DNA of 25,633 nucleotides from an uncultured archaeon. GTDB lineage: Archaea > Asgardarchaeota > Lokiarchaeia > Sigyniarchaeales > SOKP01. The notes below the pieces were generated by a model that was not told the DNA's origin, ran no database searches, and saw only the letters and a list, made by a program, of their open reading frames with translations. A program made the position numbers and the translations under genes. Below are positions 25,393-25,633 of this stretch, in pieces; the first letter of the stretch is position 1, and the number at the start of each line of letters is the position of its first letter. The stretch covers positions 1 to 25,633 of the forward strand of contig CAZDTP010000044.1 in the NCBI GenBank assembly GCA_964508365.1. The letters run 5' to 3'.

Positions 25393-25633
25393 TTTATCCC
25401 CTAAGATTTAAACAACAAATATTAAATACTATAAATCGATGTCACTTTATAAAAATTTTTTATTATTTTAACTCGTTCATCATTTAAAAATACTTAAAAG
25501 CGTAAATTTCTATAATCTTTCTATAACTATTTTTGATTGTAGTAAAAGATGAAGTTACACTCACTTTTTATTTTGACTAAGGGGGGAGCTTGTCTATACA
25601 GCAGAAATATTACAGAAGATTTTAAGAATATCG

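Noticed and set aside
25579-25633. G-rich RBS-like run followed by a frame open to the window end
   Set aside because: The TTG frame stops after 11 codons; the open frame lacks a canonical start; too little sequence to call
1-25633. CRISPR arrays, tRNA/rRNA, IS elements, integrases
   Set aside because: No regularly spaced repeats, cloverleaf-like GC-rich segments, terminal inverted repeats or transposase motifs seen by eye

Overview
AT-rich (roughly 30% GC by eye) prokaryotic window with about 25 intact, mostly unlinked CDSs. I saw no rRNA, tRNA, CRISPR array or transposase. Archaeal-type signals (GGTGA/GGAGG ribosome-binding sites, oligo-T tracts after genes, TTG starts) plus longin/roadblock-like and PH/GRAM-like proteins suggest an Asgard archaeon (Lokiarchaeia-like). 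That assignment is inference. Recognisable genes: Fpg/MutM glycosylase, ArsB/NhaD-type transporter, FAD oxidoreductase, RCK-domain channel-like protein, SDR, histidine phosphatase, cold-shock protein, nitroreductase, nucleotidyltransferase, a dsrEFH/tusDCB-like triad followed by a GNAT-thioredoxin-fold fusion, thioredoxin plus HTH regulator, and an acyltransferase-3. Reading the intergenic DNA revealed several gene remnants missing from the ORF track: an internally deleted DUF1801 gene, a frameshifted wHTH gene, a MarR C-terminus, a PanE C-terminus, plus a truncated PaaI. The strongest novelty candidates are a longin+roadblock fusion, a tandem PH/GRAM-helical-Zn-ribbon protein, a HeH-coiled coil-wHTH protein, a wHTH fused to a degenerate methyltransferase fold, and the DsrEFH-GNAT/Trx module. 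All family calls come from motif recognition by eye; no database search was run.
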